From Spirochaetia bacterium (GTDB taxonomy: Bacteria > Spirochaetota > Spirochaetia > CADAEX01), in the NCBI GenBank assembly GCA_963662795.1, contig OY759746.1, positions 1,984,001-2,048,000 of the forward strand: 64,000 bases of DNA, written 5' to 3'. Within the stretch, counting starts at the first letter, position 1, and each line of letters begins with the position of its first letter. Below the pieces are notes generated by a model. It was not told the DNA's origin. It did no database searches and saw nothing but the letters and a program-made list of their open reading frames with translations. Of this stretch, positions 10,878-21,204 are shown in pieces. The translations under genes were made by a program, and so were the position numbers.

Positions 10878-11502
10878 AAAAAGTGAAATTAGAAAAGAAT
10901 TTGATATGTTAAAACCAGAATTACAATTAAAATTTGCTGCAAAAATGGTATTTTCTGATTATCTGAAAGATGTTATTGAAAAGAAATTATTAGTCAAATA
11001 TAATTCATTGTTAAAAGAAAAAGAAGTTTGTGTTGATGAAGATTTTAAGGATACTGTCTATAAATATGTTTTGTGTTCATTAAAAAATCCATCTGGTGAA
11101 AGTATTAAAATACTTGGGTCTAGTGATATGCCCCTTGATGTGATCACTATATTTTCTTTATATAAGAACAATAAGCCCGGTCTTTCTAAAATGGATCAAA
11201 ATATTGTTATTGGACATGATGAAGTAGATGGAAATCTTAATACTGCCTTTATGCAACTTCATTATATTTTTTGTGATAAATATAATTTTGAAAATACAAA
11301 TAGTTTTAATGAAATAAAAAATGAGTTTACTAATATCTGCTTGCACTTATTAGGTGGTTTTATTATAGGGTTAAATCGACAAGGACCAGATTCTATTCTG
11401 AAGAATGTTTATAGAATCCTTGATAAATGTTCTCCAGCATATTCACAAACATTAAAAATATCATTTATGTTACATTCAATGATGAAATTAATTATATTAT
11501 AA
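10867..11502 (+). CDS. Hypothetical protein coupled to the kinase
   Basis: GGAGG RBS, overlaps kinase 3' end. Confidence 0.7.
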   Translation: MLFKKSEIRKEFDMLKPELQLKFAAKMVFSDYLKDVIEKKLLVKYNSLLKEKEVCVDEDFKDTVYKYVLCSLKNPSGESIKILGSSDMPLDVITIFSLYKNNKPGLSKMDQNIVIGHDEVDGNLNTAFMQLHYIFCDKYNFENTNSFNEIKNEFTNICLHLLGGFIIGLNRQGPDSILKNVYRILDKCSPAYSQTLKISFMLHSMMKLIIL

Positions 11503-11571
11503 AAAGATTAAAAGTAGAAAATCTATTATTATTTTATGTACAGGTAGGGTAATTACCTGACAGTAAATGGA

Positions 11572-11827
11572 GTCCGGCCTTGGCTTCCAGCCGTGCGGCC
11601 TGGACAAGAAGCGGGAACACTGCTTATAACAGCGAATGGCCGGTTCCGGCTGTTTCTAAGGAAACAGCCTCCACCCAAATTGCCGAAGTAATACATGTTA
11701 AGAATAATGGAATAGAGTATAAACTTTTGGAGTAAAAAACACCATCGGCAACTTCGGTCATTCGCGAGACGTTATGCTCAATACCAGCCGCAAGAGGCAA
11801 TCGCCCGGACCTCCGGCCAACGGGCGA
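11572..11827 (+). repeat. Junction J6 (core D)
   Basis: TAAC(11630)...GTT(11771). Confidence 0.9.
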
Positions 11828-11889
11828 GGATTTGCAAATTATTTGAATATTTACTACAGTGTTGCTTCAAAAAACAACTAGGAGAATAA

Positions 11890-12711
11890 ATGGAAAAATT
11901 ATTACTTTTTATTCCTCAGTGGCAAGATTCTGGATTAACCAGTGAGCTTTATCATGGTTCGTATGCTCTTAAAAATTATTCTGAAAAATATGGAAGATGT
12001 AAATTTAATGCAATAGAAGTTGATAGTAAAAAAGAACTTATCAAAGAAAATAATATAATAGGATATTCAATAATATTAGATCAACTAGAAAGAGTAAGAG
12101 AAACAATTAATGATAATAAACCTTTAAAAATATTTTCATTAGGTGGAGGTTGTGGAATTGAAGTTCCAATCGTTTCATATTTATATTCATTATATCCTGA
12201 TTTAACTCTATTCTGGTTTGATGCTCATGGAGATTTAAATACACCTGAAAGTTCTCCAAGTAAATATTTCCATGGAATGCCGTTGAGGTTTCTTATAGAA
12301 AAAATAAAGAATAAAATTAGTGAAAATGTAAATATAATACCCCCCGGACAAGTGCATTTGATAGGAACTAGAGATTTAGATGAGCCAGAGAAAATATTTA
12401 TCGAATCAGAGAATATAGATGTTATTGTGGTAGAAGAAGATTTTATTAGTAAGTTCATGAATTTGATAAGAAAGAATAGAAATAAAAAGGCTTATATTCA
12501 TATAGATTTAGATGTCATAGATCCAAAATATTATAAAAATGTGAAATGTCCTACAAAAAATGGTTTAAAAATATCAGAATTGATAGAAGCAATTAAATTG
12601 GCCTATAATGATATGAAAATAATAGGGTTTAGTATTGTAGAAAATACAGAAACTGATAAAGCAGAAATCAGGAAATTGGGAAAAATAATTAGACTTGGAT
12701 TAAATATTTAA
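11890..12711 (+). CDS. Arginase/ureohydrolase family protein
   Basis: 'LGGGC', 'WFDAHGDLN', 'SPSKYFHGM', 'HIDLDVIDP'. Confidence 0.9.
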   Translation: MEKLLLFIPQWQDSGLTSELYHGSYALKNYSEKYGRCKFNAIEVDSKKELIKENNIIGYSIILDQLERVRETINDNKPLKIFSLGGGCGIEVPIVSYLYSLYPDLTLFWFDAHGDLNTPESSPSKYFHGMPLRFLIEKIKNKISENVNIIPPGQVHLIGTRDLDEPEKIFIESENIDVIVVEEDFISKFMNLIRKNRNKKAYIHIDLDVIDPKYYKNVKCPTKNGLKISELIEAIKLAYNDMKIIGFSIVENTETDKAEIRKLGKIIRLGLNI

Positions 12712-12755
12712 TAGCTTTATTCAAATAGAAAATTAATTTTCTAAGAAAAAAGAGA

Positions 12756-13047
12756 GTCCGGCCTTGGCGTTGCCGTGCGGCCTGGACAAGAAGCGGCTGG
12801 TACTGGAGCATAACAGCGATTATTTCGCTGCGCTCCTTGTGGTCGCTTGGGCTCCTGCCAGTTGAACTGGCAGATCGCCATATTTTGTTTTAATAAAACC
12901 AGAATGACATGTGTTTTATGTTTTTTAAGTTTGAAAAAACAAATAAATGTATTTTAGAGTTTAGCCACAAAACATCGCATAATCGCGGGACGTTATCCAC
13001 AATATCATCGCAAGAGAAAATCGCCCGGACCTCCGGCCAACGGGCGA
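12756..13047 (+). repeat. Junction J7 (core C)
   Basis: TAAC(12814)...GTT(12992). Confidence 0.9.
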
Positions 13048-13121
13048 AGAAAATAGAATCTGCTGAATAATATACGTTATACATAAGATATATAGTTTTC
13101 TTGTTATATAATATGTTCTAC
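13047..13121 (+). other. Conserved leader with attI-like site (C8)
   Basis: ATATATAGTTTTCTTGTTATATAATAT-G|TTCTAC; exact complement GTAGAAC at 14522. Confidence 0.7.
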
Positions 13122-13138
13122 AGAATAAAGGGGATAAA

Positions 13139-14518
13139 ATGAGTTGTTATCACTGGGGCTTATCCCCAGAAAGCGATTGTAGGAAACTCACAAATGAGCT
13201 TGTTTACCGTGATAAAAATGGGCATCAGTACTGTTTAGTACATGCACCTAAATATTATGTTCAACCAAAAGGTTTCTTTTTAGGTTATATTGAAGAACAT
13301 AATGCCAATTCAATTCAATTCAAAAAAGACGATTTTGACAAACTACTAGATAAAACGATCTCAATTCAAAAAGAGCACTCTATGATTCGTTTTGATAAAG
13401 TGTATTTTCCCGATAATTTTCACTATACACTTCCTTTAGACTTAGCAAAAGGAAAGGACATCTGGTTAATAGAGTGTAGTTTTAATCTTACGATATGTAA
13501 TTCCCAAGTAAAAAGAATATCAATAACAAGATGTAAAATCGATGGTCTTACAATGCATAATCTGGAAATTGATGAGACTTTAATCCATTTCTCAAAAATT
13601 AGCAAATATTTAACTTTCAGAAATAATTCATACAATACATTTTCAATACAAGATTGTGAAGTAAATTGCAGGGTTGACTTTCGAGATAATAGTGTAAAAG
13701 ATAATTCACAGTTTAAGTGCTCAGTATACTTCAATCAATCAATATTTAATCGAACTGTTAAAATTGAGAATCTGCATTACGATAATGATTTATCAGAAGT
13801 CCGAATTTTAGATAACGAATTTAATAATAATTTATATTATCTTAATAATAAAATAGGAGACGAAATAAATTTTATTGATAATAAGTTCAATAATAGTTTT
13901 GCATATCTAGAAAATATCGACTTATCAAAGACAAAATTTGACTTACGAAATCTCGAATATTTAAGATTCAATAATTGCCGATTCCCCAAAAAATTAAAAT
14001 CAATTGAAGATGAATCTTTACAAAATGCTTACGAGATATACCAAGCACTAAAAAGAAACTCATTTGAACAAAATGATAATCAAGCTGCTTCGAAATGGCA
14101 TTATTTAGAAAAACATACCCTAAAAAAGATATATAGTAAGTCAAAGAAAATATTTAATCTAATAATTTTAACCATATATAATTTGCTTAGTGGTTATGGA
14201 GAAAAACCAGGTAAAGCTCTATTTGTTTTAGTGGTAGAAATTATTATGATTTTAGCTATTTACATTTATATAGGAAATAGAATTAGCGAAAATCTTAACT
14301 CGGATATAATTATTAGATGTATTTTTAGTCTCTCTGATGGTATTCCATTTATTAATTTTCCTATCGAATATACGCTTAAGCAACTTCTTGTGCGAAATAC
14401 AGATCTAATAGAAATCTCACATGTATATAATGTTGTAGCTGGAATAGGGAAAATATTGATTTCATTACAATTAGCGTTATTTTCTTTTGCGATAAGAAAT
14501 AAAATGAAGAGAAATTAA
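13139..14518 (+). CDS. Beta-solenoid/pentapeptide-like protein with C-terminal membrane region
   Basis: N/F-rich repeats, then 'LSGYGEKP' followed by TM helices. Confidence 0.6.
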   Translation: MSCYHWGLSPESDCRKLTNELVYRDKNGHQYCLVHAPKYYVQPKGFFLGYIEEHNANSIQFKKDDFDKLLDKTISIQKEHSMIRFDKVYFPDNFHYTLPLDLAKGKDIWLIECSFNLTICNSQVKRISITRCKIDGLTMHNLEIDETLIHFSKISKYLTFRNNSYNTFSIQDCEVNCRVDFRDNSVKDNSQFKCSVYFNQSIFNRTVKIENLHYDNDLSEVRILDNEFNNNLYYLNNKIGDEINFIDNKFNNSFAYLENIDLSKTKFDLRNLEYLRFNNCRFPKKLKSIEDESLQNAYEIYQALKRNSFEQNDNQAASKWHYLEKHTLKKIYSKSKKIFNLIILTIYNLLSGYGEKPGKALFVLVVEIIMILAIYIYIGNRISENLNSDIIIRCIFSLSDGIPFINFPIEYTLKQLLVRNTDLIEISHVYNVVAGIGKILISLQLALFSFAIRNKMKRN

Positions 14519-14521
14519 TCT

Positions 14522-14628
14522 GTAGAACGAGCAAATGTAGCAGTAAACTTTTTTGGCACACAAATATGCAGTCGCAAATTGTCCGCCAACTCTTCGGGAC
14601 AAAGTTCCAGCTGATTTGGACGTTATAA
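14522..14628 (+). repeat. Nested canonical attC (C8)
   Basis: GTAGAAC..CAAATGTAGC...GCTGATTTG..GTTATAA. Confidence 0.75.
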
Positions 14629-14653
14629 AAAACAAAAAATAGAAACGGGGGAA

Positions 14654-14926
14654 GTCCGGCCTTGGCGTTGCCGTGCGGCCTTGGACAAGAAGCGATGATA
14701 CTGGTGGATAACAGAGGATAATTCGCTGCGCTCGGAGTACCTCGCTTGGCCTACGGCATATTTTGCTATCATCAAACTTGAACAATAAAAGTTAAACCCT
14801 TTTTAAATTTAATAAAGTAGACATAAATGTTTTAAAGTTTGAACCGCAAAACATCGCTTATCCTCGGGACGTTATAAGCAATGTTCCCGCAAGAGAAAAT
14901 CGCCCGGACCTCCGGCCGACGGGCGA
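14654..14926 (+). repeat. Junction J8 (core B)
   Basis: TAAC(14712)...GTT(14871). Confidence 0.9.
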
Positions 14927-15042
14927 GGATATAGAACTCAAAATATGTCTTTGAGAAAGATTTTAAAGTTAAAGCATTAGCATAAGTGAGAATAAAATTA
15001 TTTATATAAACATAAAGTTTTTAAATAATAATTCAAAAAAGC

Positions 15043-15071
15043 TTGTAAAATACGATATATAATCGTATACT
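15043..15071 (+). promoter_or_regulatory. TA promoter with palindromic operator; probably leaderless transcript
   Basis: TTGTAA-17-TATACT, TACGATATATAATCGTA palindrome, ATG follows the -10 after 7 nt. Confidence 0.6.
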
Positions 15072-15078
15072 ATATCTT

Positions 15079-15288
15079 ATGAAAGTAACAGCAATAATCG
15101 CCGATGAACTAATTAATGAAGTTAAATACTATTCAAATAGTACCACAACAACAGAGGCTATAACTATAGCCTTGAGAGATTGGCTTGATATTCATCATAT
15201 CAAAGAATTAAATGCGCAAATATCAAAGACCCCAATAACTTTTAATTATTCTGCACAGAAGATGAGAGAAGTAAATAGAAAATCATGA
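15079..15288 (+). CDS. VapB-type antitoxin (RHH/DUF2191-like)
   Basis: 69 aa, ATGA overlap with PIN toxin. Confidence 0.75.
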   Translation: MKVTAIIADELINEVKYYSNSTTTTEAITIALRDWLDIHHIKELNAQISKTPITFNYSAQKMREVNRKS

Positions 15289-15659
15289 TAATTCTTGACA
15301 CTTCTGTTTGGATAGAGTTTTTAAAAGCAAATTCAGAATATTACACTCAAATTGCACAATTATTAGAAAAAAAGGAAGTACTTGCGGTAGAATGTGTATT
15401 TGGAGAATTATTTCAAGGTATAAAGAGTGAAAGAGAAAAATCTTTAATATCAGAATACTGGAAATACCTTCCTAAAATAGATAGTTCAGGATTATTTATA
15501 GAGGCAGGAATATATTCGAATAAAAACAAATTATTGGATAAAGGTGTGGGTCTTATTGATTCATTAATTTTAGTACATGCCTTGAAACTACAAATATCAA
15601 TATGGACTCTCGATAAAAAATTATTAAAAATAATACCAAAAGAACTTACTTATCAATAA
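15285..15659 (+). CDS. vapC: PIN-domain toxin
   Basis: 'ILDTSVWI..E..D..WTLD' PIN motifs. Confidence 0.9.
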   Translation: MIILDTSVWIEFLKANSEYYTQIAQLLEKKEVLAVECVFGELFQGIKSEREKSLISEYWKYLPKIDSSGLFIEAGIYSNKNKLLDKGVGLIDSLILVHALKLQISIWTLDKKLLKIIPKELTYQ

Positions 15660-15704
15660 TTAATTTAAAACAAATATAGTTATAAATCCAAGAAAAGAAT
15701 ATTA

Positions 15705-15994
15705 GTCCAGCCTTGGCTCCGCCGTGCGGCTTGGACAAGAAGCGGGAACACAGCTTATAACAGCGATTATTTCGCTGCGCTCCCTATGGTCGCTTGGGCT
15801 CCTGCCAGTTGAGCTGGCAGATCGCCATATTTTGTTTTCTTAAAACCGGAACAACATGTGTTTTTACTTTTCAAGATTGATAAAACCAAATAAAAATATT
15901 TTAGAGTTTCGCCACAAAACATCGAATAATCGCGGGACGTTATAAGCAATGTTCCCGCAAGATGCAATCGCCCGGACCTCCGGCCGACGGGCGA
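15705..15994 (+). repeat. Junction J9 (core C)
   Basis: TAAC(15761)...GTT(15939). Confidence 0.9.
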
Positions 15995-16045
15995 GGATAG
16001 TTTAAAGTTTAAAAATATGTCGTATAAATTGTATATTATAGAAGG

Positions 16046-16837
16046 ATGCCCTTGATTGAGAAAAGAGATATGAAAGAAGTAGTAAAACAGGTAATATATA
16101 ATTGTGTTGAAAATGAGAATGCACTTTTTAGTGGTTATAATATTTGGAAAAAGCCGTTAATATGCTTCTTAAAGACAGACAATATAGAAATCGCACAACT
16201 AAAGATTATTGTATCAAAAGACCATCTTTTACCGCAAGATATACTTGTTGATGCGAAAAGCATAATTTCTTTTTTTTTAGGCTTTAATAGTGAAATTGTA
16301 AAAAGTAATATAGGTGGTAGATTAGCATCAAAAGAATGGGCTTTTACCTATTTAAGAACAAATAACTTAATAACAAAAATTAATAATAAAATTGCAGAAG
16401 TAATGAATAAATATGGTTATAAGGCTGGGAAGATACCTGCAACAAATAATTTTAATGAAAATACATTACTCAGCAATTGGTCACATAGACACATAGCATA
16501 TATTTCCGGACTAGGAACATTCGGAATAAATAATATGTTAATAACAGAAGAGGGTTGTTGTGGTAGATTGGGAAGTGTAGTAACAAACTTTCAATTTGAG
16601 ATTTCACCAAAACAAATTAATGAAAAATGTTTGTATAAAATAAATAAGAGTTGTGGTCTTTGTATAAGTAAATGTGTTAATGATGTATATAGTACTTCTG
16701 GATTTAATAGATTTAAGTGTTACCAAATGTGTCTGGAAAATGCAGCATATTATAAAAATATAGGTAATGCAGATGTATGTGGAAAATGTTTAGTTGGGCT
16801 TCCGTGTTCAAGTAGAGACCCATCAAGAAAAAAATAA
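16046..16837 (+). CDS. Epoxyqueuosine reductase (QueG)-like Fe-S protein
   Basis: 'WSHRHIAYISGLGTFG', 'CCGRLGSVVT', CxxCxxxC clusters. Confidence 0.75.
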   Translation: MPLIEKRDMKEVVKQVIYNCVENENALFSGYNIWKKPLICFLKTDNIEIAQLKIIVSKDHLLPQDILVDAKSIISFFLGFNSEIVKSNIGGRLASKEWAFTYLRTNNLITKINNKIAEVMNKYGYKAGKIPATNNFNENTLLSNWSHRHIAYISGLGTFGINNMLITEEGCCGRLGSVVTNFQFEISPKQINEKCLYKINKSCGLCISKCVNDVYSTSGFNRFKCYQMCLENAAYYKNIGNADVCGKCLVGLPCSSRDPSRKK

Positions 16838-16954
16838 GCAAGGAAAATACACTTAGTAATTCGTTTTAGTGATAATTATTATGGCGAGATGCTTCTAGTC
16901 GGAAATGTAGTCCAAAAAAAGCTTAAACATATTATTAAATATTAAAAAGTAGAA

Positions 16955-17239
16955 GTCCAGCCTTGGCTCCGCCGTGCGGCCTGGACAAGAAGCGGGAACA
17001 CAGCTTATAACAGCGGATGACCGGTTTCGGCTGGTGGAGAGTAAAATATAAGGGAAAAACCAGCCTTCACCCAAATTGCCTATCTTGGAAACCTTTTTGA
17101 ATGTTATAAAATATTAGTGAAGAGTTTAATCAGCTGTTGTATAATCAATTGAATAATCCGGCAACTTCGGTCATCCGCGGGACGTTATAAGCAATGTTCC
17201 CGCAAGAGGAGATCGCCCGGACCTCCGGCCGACGGGCGA
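16955..17239 (+). repeat. Junction J10 (core D variant)
   Basis: TAAC(17011)...GTT(17184); compensatory GCGGATGACCG/CGGTCATCCGC. Confidence 0.9.
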
Positions 17240-17275
17240 GGATAACAAAACAATAAAATGTGTTATATTTAAAAT

Positions 17276-18853
17276 ATGAAACATAAAAATAGATTTGAAG
17301 AATTATCAAAATATTTATTATTTCCTCCTGGAACAAATGAAAGAAAAATACAAGAAGATTTTTTGAAAAAAACACGAACACAAGCAATAACAAAAAAAAT
17401 AAAAGAAAATTACGAAATACTGCAGGCGATGTTTTATTCTCAATTGCTTAATGGATCAGAACATATAATGAGTAAAAATCTTCGCGAGTTTCTCAATGAA
17501 GTTAACGAAAGAAATATACATCATGGTATATGGTCTATGCCTTCTTCTTTTAATATTTATGAAGCTTTTGTAGAATACATTCCTTTGATATCATATTTTC
17601 ATTTAAAGCCTGAAAAAGAATATATTCTTAACTTTGAAGACTATTTTGATTTTCTAACTGCAAATGCTGATGCTGATATGGAGGCCGTATTGCAAGAATT
17701 TAAAGAAAATGAAATATTTAGTTTGGCCAATAATACAGATTTAATTGATTTAATATTTGAAGGTGATTCTTCATATAAATATTACATTGAAGGTATTTCA
17801 ATTATAAGATATAAAAATGAATTTAATTTTTTTGCTTCTTTAGGTATTAAAGATGAACAATATAAATATGATTCTACTGAAGTAGATGAAATATTTAGTA
17901 AAAAAGATATTAAACCAGCTGAATATTTAAAATCTGAGAAAGTTTTATTAAAAAATGATTATCAAAAATCATTAGTCTTTTTTAGAATAGATTTAGAAAA
18001 TAAAACACAAGATGCTAAATATCTGATGAGAGATGAAGGAAACAAATATACAATAATAACCGATGATATATCAACTTTTAGAGAATATAACGGGAAGATT
18101 TCAAAAAAAAATTATGATTATTATAGAGAAACGAGAAAAGAAATACAAAGATTTGAAGATATATTTCAAACAATTAGATCTTTTATTTATATAAATGAAT
18201 ATTTAAACAATTTTAATGAAGACATAAAAATCAAACGTGTTGAAACAGAATTACGTAAATATTTTAAAAAGCCAATGTTTCAAAAATTATTAAAAAAAGC
18301 ACAATCTAAAGATCTAATATTTTTTAGAGAATTGTCAGTGTTGAATAATACGTATAGAAAATCAAACTCCAAATTAACAATTATTAATCCATATTTTAGA
18401 TTAGAGAGAAAAGGATATTGGAAAAGATTAGAAGCTGATAAATATGGTTTAGATAAAGACGGAAAAAGTATACAAGGGAGAACATGGGTTACAAATATTG
18501 AAACATGGACTGAAGAAATATTTAATGAAGCTCCAAAAAAAGAAGATATGAATAATCGTAAAGGGTTTATATATGTAATGAGAAATGCATCGCATGAAAA
18601 AAATATATTTAAAGTTGGTATGACTAGTCGTAATCCTTCAGTACGTTCTTGTGAGCTTTATACTACAGGATCACCAGATCAATTTTTAATAGCTCATGAT
18701 TGGTCGGTGAAGGATAGGTTTGAAGCTGAAAAATCTATTCATGATTATTTATATGATTATAGATTAAACGATAAAAGAGAATTTTTTAAGATTGAATATA
18801 AAGAGTTATTAACTGTAATCGATGGAATTATAGATAAAATCAATAGAGAATAA
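17276..18853 (+). CDS. Protein with C-terminal GIY-YIG (T5orf172-like) nuclease domain
   Basis: 'GFIYVM..FKVGMT.R..R..EL..EKSIH..REFF'. Confidence 0.8.
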   Translation: MKHKNRFEELSKYLLFPPGTNERKIQEDFLKKTRTQAITKKIKENYEILQAMFYSQLLNGSEHIMSKNLREFLNEVNERNIHHGIWSMPSSFNIYEAFVEYIPLISYFHLKPEKEYILNFEDYFDFLTANADADMEAVLQEFKENEIFSLANNTDLIDLIFEGDSSYKYYIEGISIIRYKNEFNFFASLGIKDEQYKYDSTEVDEIFSKKDIKPAEYLKSEKVLLKNDYQKSLVFFRIDLENKTQDAKYLMRDEGNKYTIITDDISTFREYNGKISKKNYDYYRETRKEIQRFEDIFQTIRSFIYINEYLNNFNEDIKIKRVETELRKYFKKPMFQKLLKKAQSKDLIFFRELSVLNNTYRKSNSKLTIINPYFRLERKGYWKRLEADKYGLDKDGKSIQGRTWVTNIETWTEEIFNEAPKKEDMNNRKGFIYVMRNASHEKNIFKVGMTSRNPSVRSCELYTTGSPDQFLIAHDWSVKDRFEAEKSIHDYLYDYRLNDKREFFKIEYKELLTVIDGIIDKINRE

Positions 18854-18889
18854 ACAATTTAGATAAAATATTCAACAGATACTTAAAAA

Positions 18890-19144
18890 GTCCAGCCTTG
18901 GCTTCCAGCCGTACGGCCTGGACAAGAAGCGGGAACACTGCTTATAACAGCGAATGGCCGGTTCCGGCTGTTTCTAAGGAAGCAGCCTCCACCCAAATTG
19001 CCGAAATAATAAATGTTAAGAATAATGGAATAGAGTATAAACTTTTAAAGTGAAAAACACCATCGGCAACTTCGGTCATTCGCGGGACGTTCTCCGAAAT
19101 ACCGCCCCAAGAGGAGACCGCCCGGACCTCCGGCCCACGGGCGA
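18890..19144 (+). repeat. Junction J11 (core D)
   Basis: TAAC(18948)...GTT(19089). Confidence 0.9.
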
Positions 19145-19362
19145 GGAAATATAGTCAAAGAAATAATATTTGAGATTTTCCCTATAACATATTCTGAGCA
19201 ACCAAAAGATTGTATGTCGAGAATAATTATTTAAATTTAAAAAAGTTAATAAAAAAAGATCGAATACTAAATATTCTAAGGTTTTTGTCGTGTGATATTA
19301 TTCCGAAAGGAATGTTTTATAAGTGTTTTTAAAATGTAATATTGCGTCTTATAAAAAATATC

Positions 19363-19405
19363 TTGCATATTACTTATTTAGAGTGTATACTGTGAAGTGT
19401 ATACT
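19363..19405 (+). promoter_or_regulatory. TA promoter with tandem AGTGTATACT operators
   Basis: TTGCAT-17-TATACT; AGTGTATACT at 19382 and 19396; also present upstream of 50780. Confidence 0.6.
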
Positions 19406-19420
19406 AAAAGAGGTTGAATT

Positions 19421-19666
19421 ATGGAAATAAGTACAAAAGAACTCAGGATAAAGCCTGGTAGAATTATAGAAAAAGTCTCAAATGGACAGGAAGTTGTAGT
19501 AACATTCAGAGGAAAAGCATTAGCTAGAATAGTTCCTATGTCTATTCATAATAAAAGTATTAACGAGAAAGAAAATGAAGAGCTTTTTGGATTATGGAAA
19601 GACCATGAAGATATTGAAAATGTCGAAAACTATGTAAGAAAGATGAGAAAAGGAAGAGAGTTTTGA
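19421..19666 (+). CDS. Phd/YefM family antitoxin
   Basis: 'ISTKELR..IIEKV..GQEVVVT.RGK..ARIVP'. Confidence 0.88.
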   Translation: MEISTKELRIKPGRIIEKVSNGQEVVVTFRGKALARIVPMSIHNKSINEKENEELFGLWKDHEDIENVENYVRKMRKGREF

Positions 19667-20040
19667 TAATCGATACAGATGTAATAATATGGTTTTTAAG
19701 AGGAAATGAAAAAGCCAAGGAAGTAGTATATAAAAATATCCCATTTAAAATATCAGTAATAACCTATATGGAAATTGTGCAGGGAATGAAAGATAAAAAA
19801 GAATTATTGGTTTTTCAGAAGCAGTTGAGAAAATGGGATGTGGAAATAATACAAATTGATACAGAAATATCGTCAAGGGCGATGTTTTTTGTAGAAGATT
19901 ATTTTTTAAGTCATTCAATGGAATTATCAGATGCATTAATTGCAGGGACAGGAATACAGACAAAAGATAAAGTATTAACAGCAAATGATAAGCATTATAA
20001 ATTTATTCCCAACATTCAGCTGGAAAAGTTTAAACCTTAG
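19663..20040 (+). CDS. vapC: PIN-domain toxin
   Basis: 'IIDTDVII..E..DALIA..LTANDKHY'. Confidence 0.9.
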   Translation: MIIDTDVIIWFLRGNEKAKEVVYKNIPFKISVITYMEIVQGMKDKKELLVFQKQLRKWDVEIIQIDTEISSRAMFFVEDYFLSHSMELSDALIAGTGIQTKDKVLTANDKHYKFIPNIQLEKFKP

Positions 20041-20046
20041 AAAAGC

Positions 20047-20311
20047 CCAAGCCTTGGCGGTGCCGTGCGGCTTGGAAGAAGGGGCGGTACTTCCGAGAAC
20101 AGAGGATAATGCGCTGCGCTCGGAATACCTCGCTTGGGCTTCGCCACACATCGCAGGTTTCGAACTACAACTTCCATTAACAACCAGGTTTTTGAAGAGA
20201 AATACTACAGCTTTAAAATAATAATAATATTCCAACGATGCGTCGCTTATCCTCGGGACGTTAGCAGCAATGCCCCCGCCAGGAGAGAGCTGCGTGCCGT
20301 CCTGGCACGCA
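20047..20311 (+). repeat. Junction J12 (core B)
   Basis: GAAC(20100)...GTT(20260); variant 5' hairpin TGCGTGCC-GTCCT-GGCACGCA. Confidence 0.88.
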
Positions 20312-20418
20312 AAGAAAAAGGTAAGTGTTTGATATTTCTTAAAAGTGTGAATATGTAAAAATCTTACTTTCTGAAAAAAGGTTTAAAATCAGTATTTCAT
20401 AAATCCAAAACAATTGTA

Positions 20419-20802
20419 GAAATTGAGGAAGAATGGGATAAAATAGTTATAAAGCAAAAGAACAAGACTAATTTAAAAAAGTTGTTTAAGAACATAGATA
20501 TTAATAATCTTCATGGCGAAATAAAAATTGAAGCCCCAGAGGGAAAAGACCTAAATTAGCAATATCAACAGATGAATATAATGGAAAAGAGAGACTTGTG
20601 GTATTCTTTTCTATAAATCAGTAAAGAAAAATGGTATCCATTCGAAGTGAAGATAGAAAGCAGTAAAATAGATGAAGTAATATTATTAGAATAATTTTAA
20701 AGTCTTGACTGGAAAAGTAGGAATTCAGAGTTTATAGTAAAAGTAAGTAAAGAAGAAATAAAAGAAGTGATAGATAAAAGCAGTGTATTGCTATTTGAAT
20801 AA
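20419..20802 (+). pseudogene. Decayed mazE-mazF toxin-antitoxin pair
   Basis: Manual translation: 'LKKLFKNIDINNLHGEIKIEAPEGK' (MazE C-terminus); 'EYNGKERLVV..WYPFEVKI..VILLE*F*SLDWKSRNSEFI' (MazF with stops). Confidence 0.75.
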
Positions 20803-20818
20803 AAATCCCGGAATAAGA

Positions 20819-21068
20819 AATCAATCTGCCGTCCATGGCAGATTGATTAAGGCGGGGGACACTGCAGCTAACAGCGAATGACCGGTTCCGGCTGTTTCTA
20901 AGGAAGCAGCCTCCACCCAAATTGCCGAAATAATACATGTTAAGAATAATGGAATAGAGTATAAACTTTTGGAGTGAAAAACATCATCGGCAACTTCGGT
21001 CATTCGCGGGACGTTATCCACAATGCCCCCACAAGAGAAAATCGCCCGGACCTCCGGCCGACGGGCGA
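20819..21068 (+). repeat. Junction J13 (core D)
   Basis: Variant 3' hairpin AATCAATCTGCC..GGCAGATTGATT; TAAC(20872)...GTT(21013). Confidence 0.88.
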
Positions 21069-21142
21069 AGAAAATACAACATGCAGTATAATTTATTCAA
21101 TAACCCAAATAAATAGTTTTCAAGAATATTGATATGTTTTAC
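21068..21142 (+). other. Degenerate attI-like leader (C14)
   Basis: GAAGAAAA..CAGTATAAT..AATAGTTTTC..GATAT-G|TTTTAC; no inner attC visible. Confidence 0.45.
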
Positions 21143-21204
21143 AGATAGTTGAAATGGATTATAATGTTGTTGACTAAAAAAAATATAAAAAATACAAATG
21201 AGAT

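Noticed and set aside
16845-16945. Possible decayed inner attC after the QueG-like gene
   Set aside because: No convincing paired arms or matching core site.
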